Source of the DNA: Sminthopsis crassicaudata | Taxonomy: Eukaryota | Assembly: GCF_048593235.1 (NCBI RefSeq) | Contig: NC_133621.1 | Span: 2,024,525-2,088,524 of the forward strand | Length of the DNA stretch: 64,000 nt | Direction: 5' to 3' | Shown here: one piece after another, positions 62,505 through 64,000 of the stretch | Layout: each line of letters opens with the position of its first letter | Numbering within the stretch: position 1 is the stretch's first letter | Translations under genes and position numbers: made by a program | The notes under the pieces: model-generated | The model's input: the letters and a program-made list of their open reading frames with translations, nothing else | Told to the model about the DNA's origin: nothing | The model's database searches: none

Positions 62505-64000
62505 GAAGTAACCAATATGGCAGAGTAAAGGCAGAGACTCGGCCTAATTATCCCTCAAAGCCCTCTAAATACCTTTAAATAGTGCCTCTAAATACCTTTT
62601 AGCATATCAGAAACTAGAAAAAGATGGACTGAACAATTTCCAGCCTAGGGCAACTTGGAAGGTCATCAGAAAAGGTCTGTCACATCAAGGTGGAAGGAGA
62701 GTACACAGGTCAAAAAACCAGGAACAGGTCTCTGGGCAATGGTATCAATAGCAGATTATGGGTATCTCTTTGCCAGTACTGAGGATGGATTCTGTTGTTT
62801 TCTCCATACTTAGTATTGGTTTCTGTCCTGGGTAGCAGTCTCAAGGTGAGAAGGAATACTTACACTCAAGCGCACGCAGCCAAAGTGGAGCAGAGACCCT
62901 CATCATAATTCTAGGGAAGCAAAGAATGTTTGTGGTCACTCATAGAACAGAATGCAAACCAGAACAGTAATAAACATATTTCTCTGTAGGTCATACCACC
63001 TTGAAAGCAATATCTCTGAAAATAGCTGCAAGCTTGTGACATTGCACCATCCACCCTAAAAACTGATCCTACTTTAACTAAGAGTTTGAAAGTCAAATAA
63101 TAGGGAAAAAATGAGCCAAAAAATGGGAAAAAAAGATTCTGACCATAGATGGTCATTATGGTGACACAGAAGATCAAACATAAGCTCAGAAAACAACAAA
63201 GGCAAAGCCCCTTCATCCAAAGAAATTATAAATTGGTTTTGGACCATGGAAAAGCTCAGAAAGGAATTTGAAAGTCAAATAAGAGAGGTAGAAGAAAAAT
63301 TGGAAACAGAAATAAGAATAATTTAAGAAAATCTGAAAACCAAGTCAATAGCATGATAAAGGAGACACAAAAATATTGAAGAAAATAAAATCTTAAAAAT
63401 AGAATATGACAAATGATTAAGGATCTATAGAAAGCCAATCAGGAGATGAAATTCTTAAAAATCAGAATTGGACAAATGAAAACACAAAAGAAAAACAATT
63501 ATTTTCAAAATAAAATTGGACAAATAGAAAAGAAAATACAAAGACTCACTGAAGAAAATAATTCCTTAAAAAGTAGAATTGAACAAATGTAAGCTAATGA
63601 ATTTATGAAAAATCAAGAAAAAGCAAAAGGAAAAAAGATAGAAATTAATGTGAACTATTTCATTATAAAAACAATGGACCTGGAAAATAGATTAGGAGAG
63701 ATAATTTTAAAATTATTGAACTATATGAAAAACTAGCCTTCTATTTTAGAACTTGAGAGTTAGGTACAAACTGAAAGAATCCACTGATCACGTCCTAAAA
63801 GAGAGCTCAAACTGAAAACTCTCAGCAAGATAGCCAAATTCCAGAGCTCCAAAGACAAGGAGAAAATATTGAAAGTAGCCAGAAGGAATCAATTCATGGT
63901 CAGTATTACACAAGATTTAATAAGAATATGTTTCAAAGGGCAAAGGATCCAGGATTACAACAAGAATTGCTTACCCAGAAGAACTGAGTACACTTCCTTA
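62505..64000 (+). mobile_element. L1 5' end: 5'UTR plus decayed ORF1, running off the window
   Basis: aaccaatatggcagagtaaaggcagagactc resembles the marsupial L1 start; ORF1 ATG at 63111; acctggaaaatagattaggagagataattttaaaattatt (DLENR.RRDN.KII). Confidence 0.85.

Noticed and set aside
1-64000. CRISPR arrays, rRNA, NUMT, non-retroviral endogenous viral elements
   Set aside because: No regularly spaced repeat-spacer structure and no recognisable rRNA, mitochondrial or viral protein signature by eye; highly decayed EVEs cannot be excluded without tblastn.

Overview
AT-rich, CpG-poor, repeat-dense mammalian DNA with seven N gaps. The repeat content (marsupial-type L1 3'UTRs, WSINE1-like CORE-SINEs, an RTE-tailed SINE, a BovB-type RTE LINE, abundant L2/MIR/CR1) points to a marsupial, probably an Australian dasyurid such as the Tasmanian devil; this is an inference. 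I found no intact protein-coding gene, tRNA, rRNA or CRISPR array. The one recognisable gene-derived sequence is a decayed processed pseudogene of RPL29 (about 60876-61534, +). Its C-terminal half differs from the eutherian eL29 extension and looks like a repeated K-R-x-G-P-K tail. Other contents are many L1 fragments (several nested or internally deleted), solo LTRs including two with perfect 6-bp TSDs, and a 1.75-kb BovB remnant. There are also small templated or retrotransposed insertions, a few plus-strand exon-like segments of unknown origin, and CpG-enriched unique islands that may be conserved non-coding elements. Repeat family names come from recalled consensus sequences, not a database search, and most boundaries are approximate.
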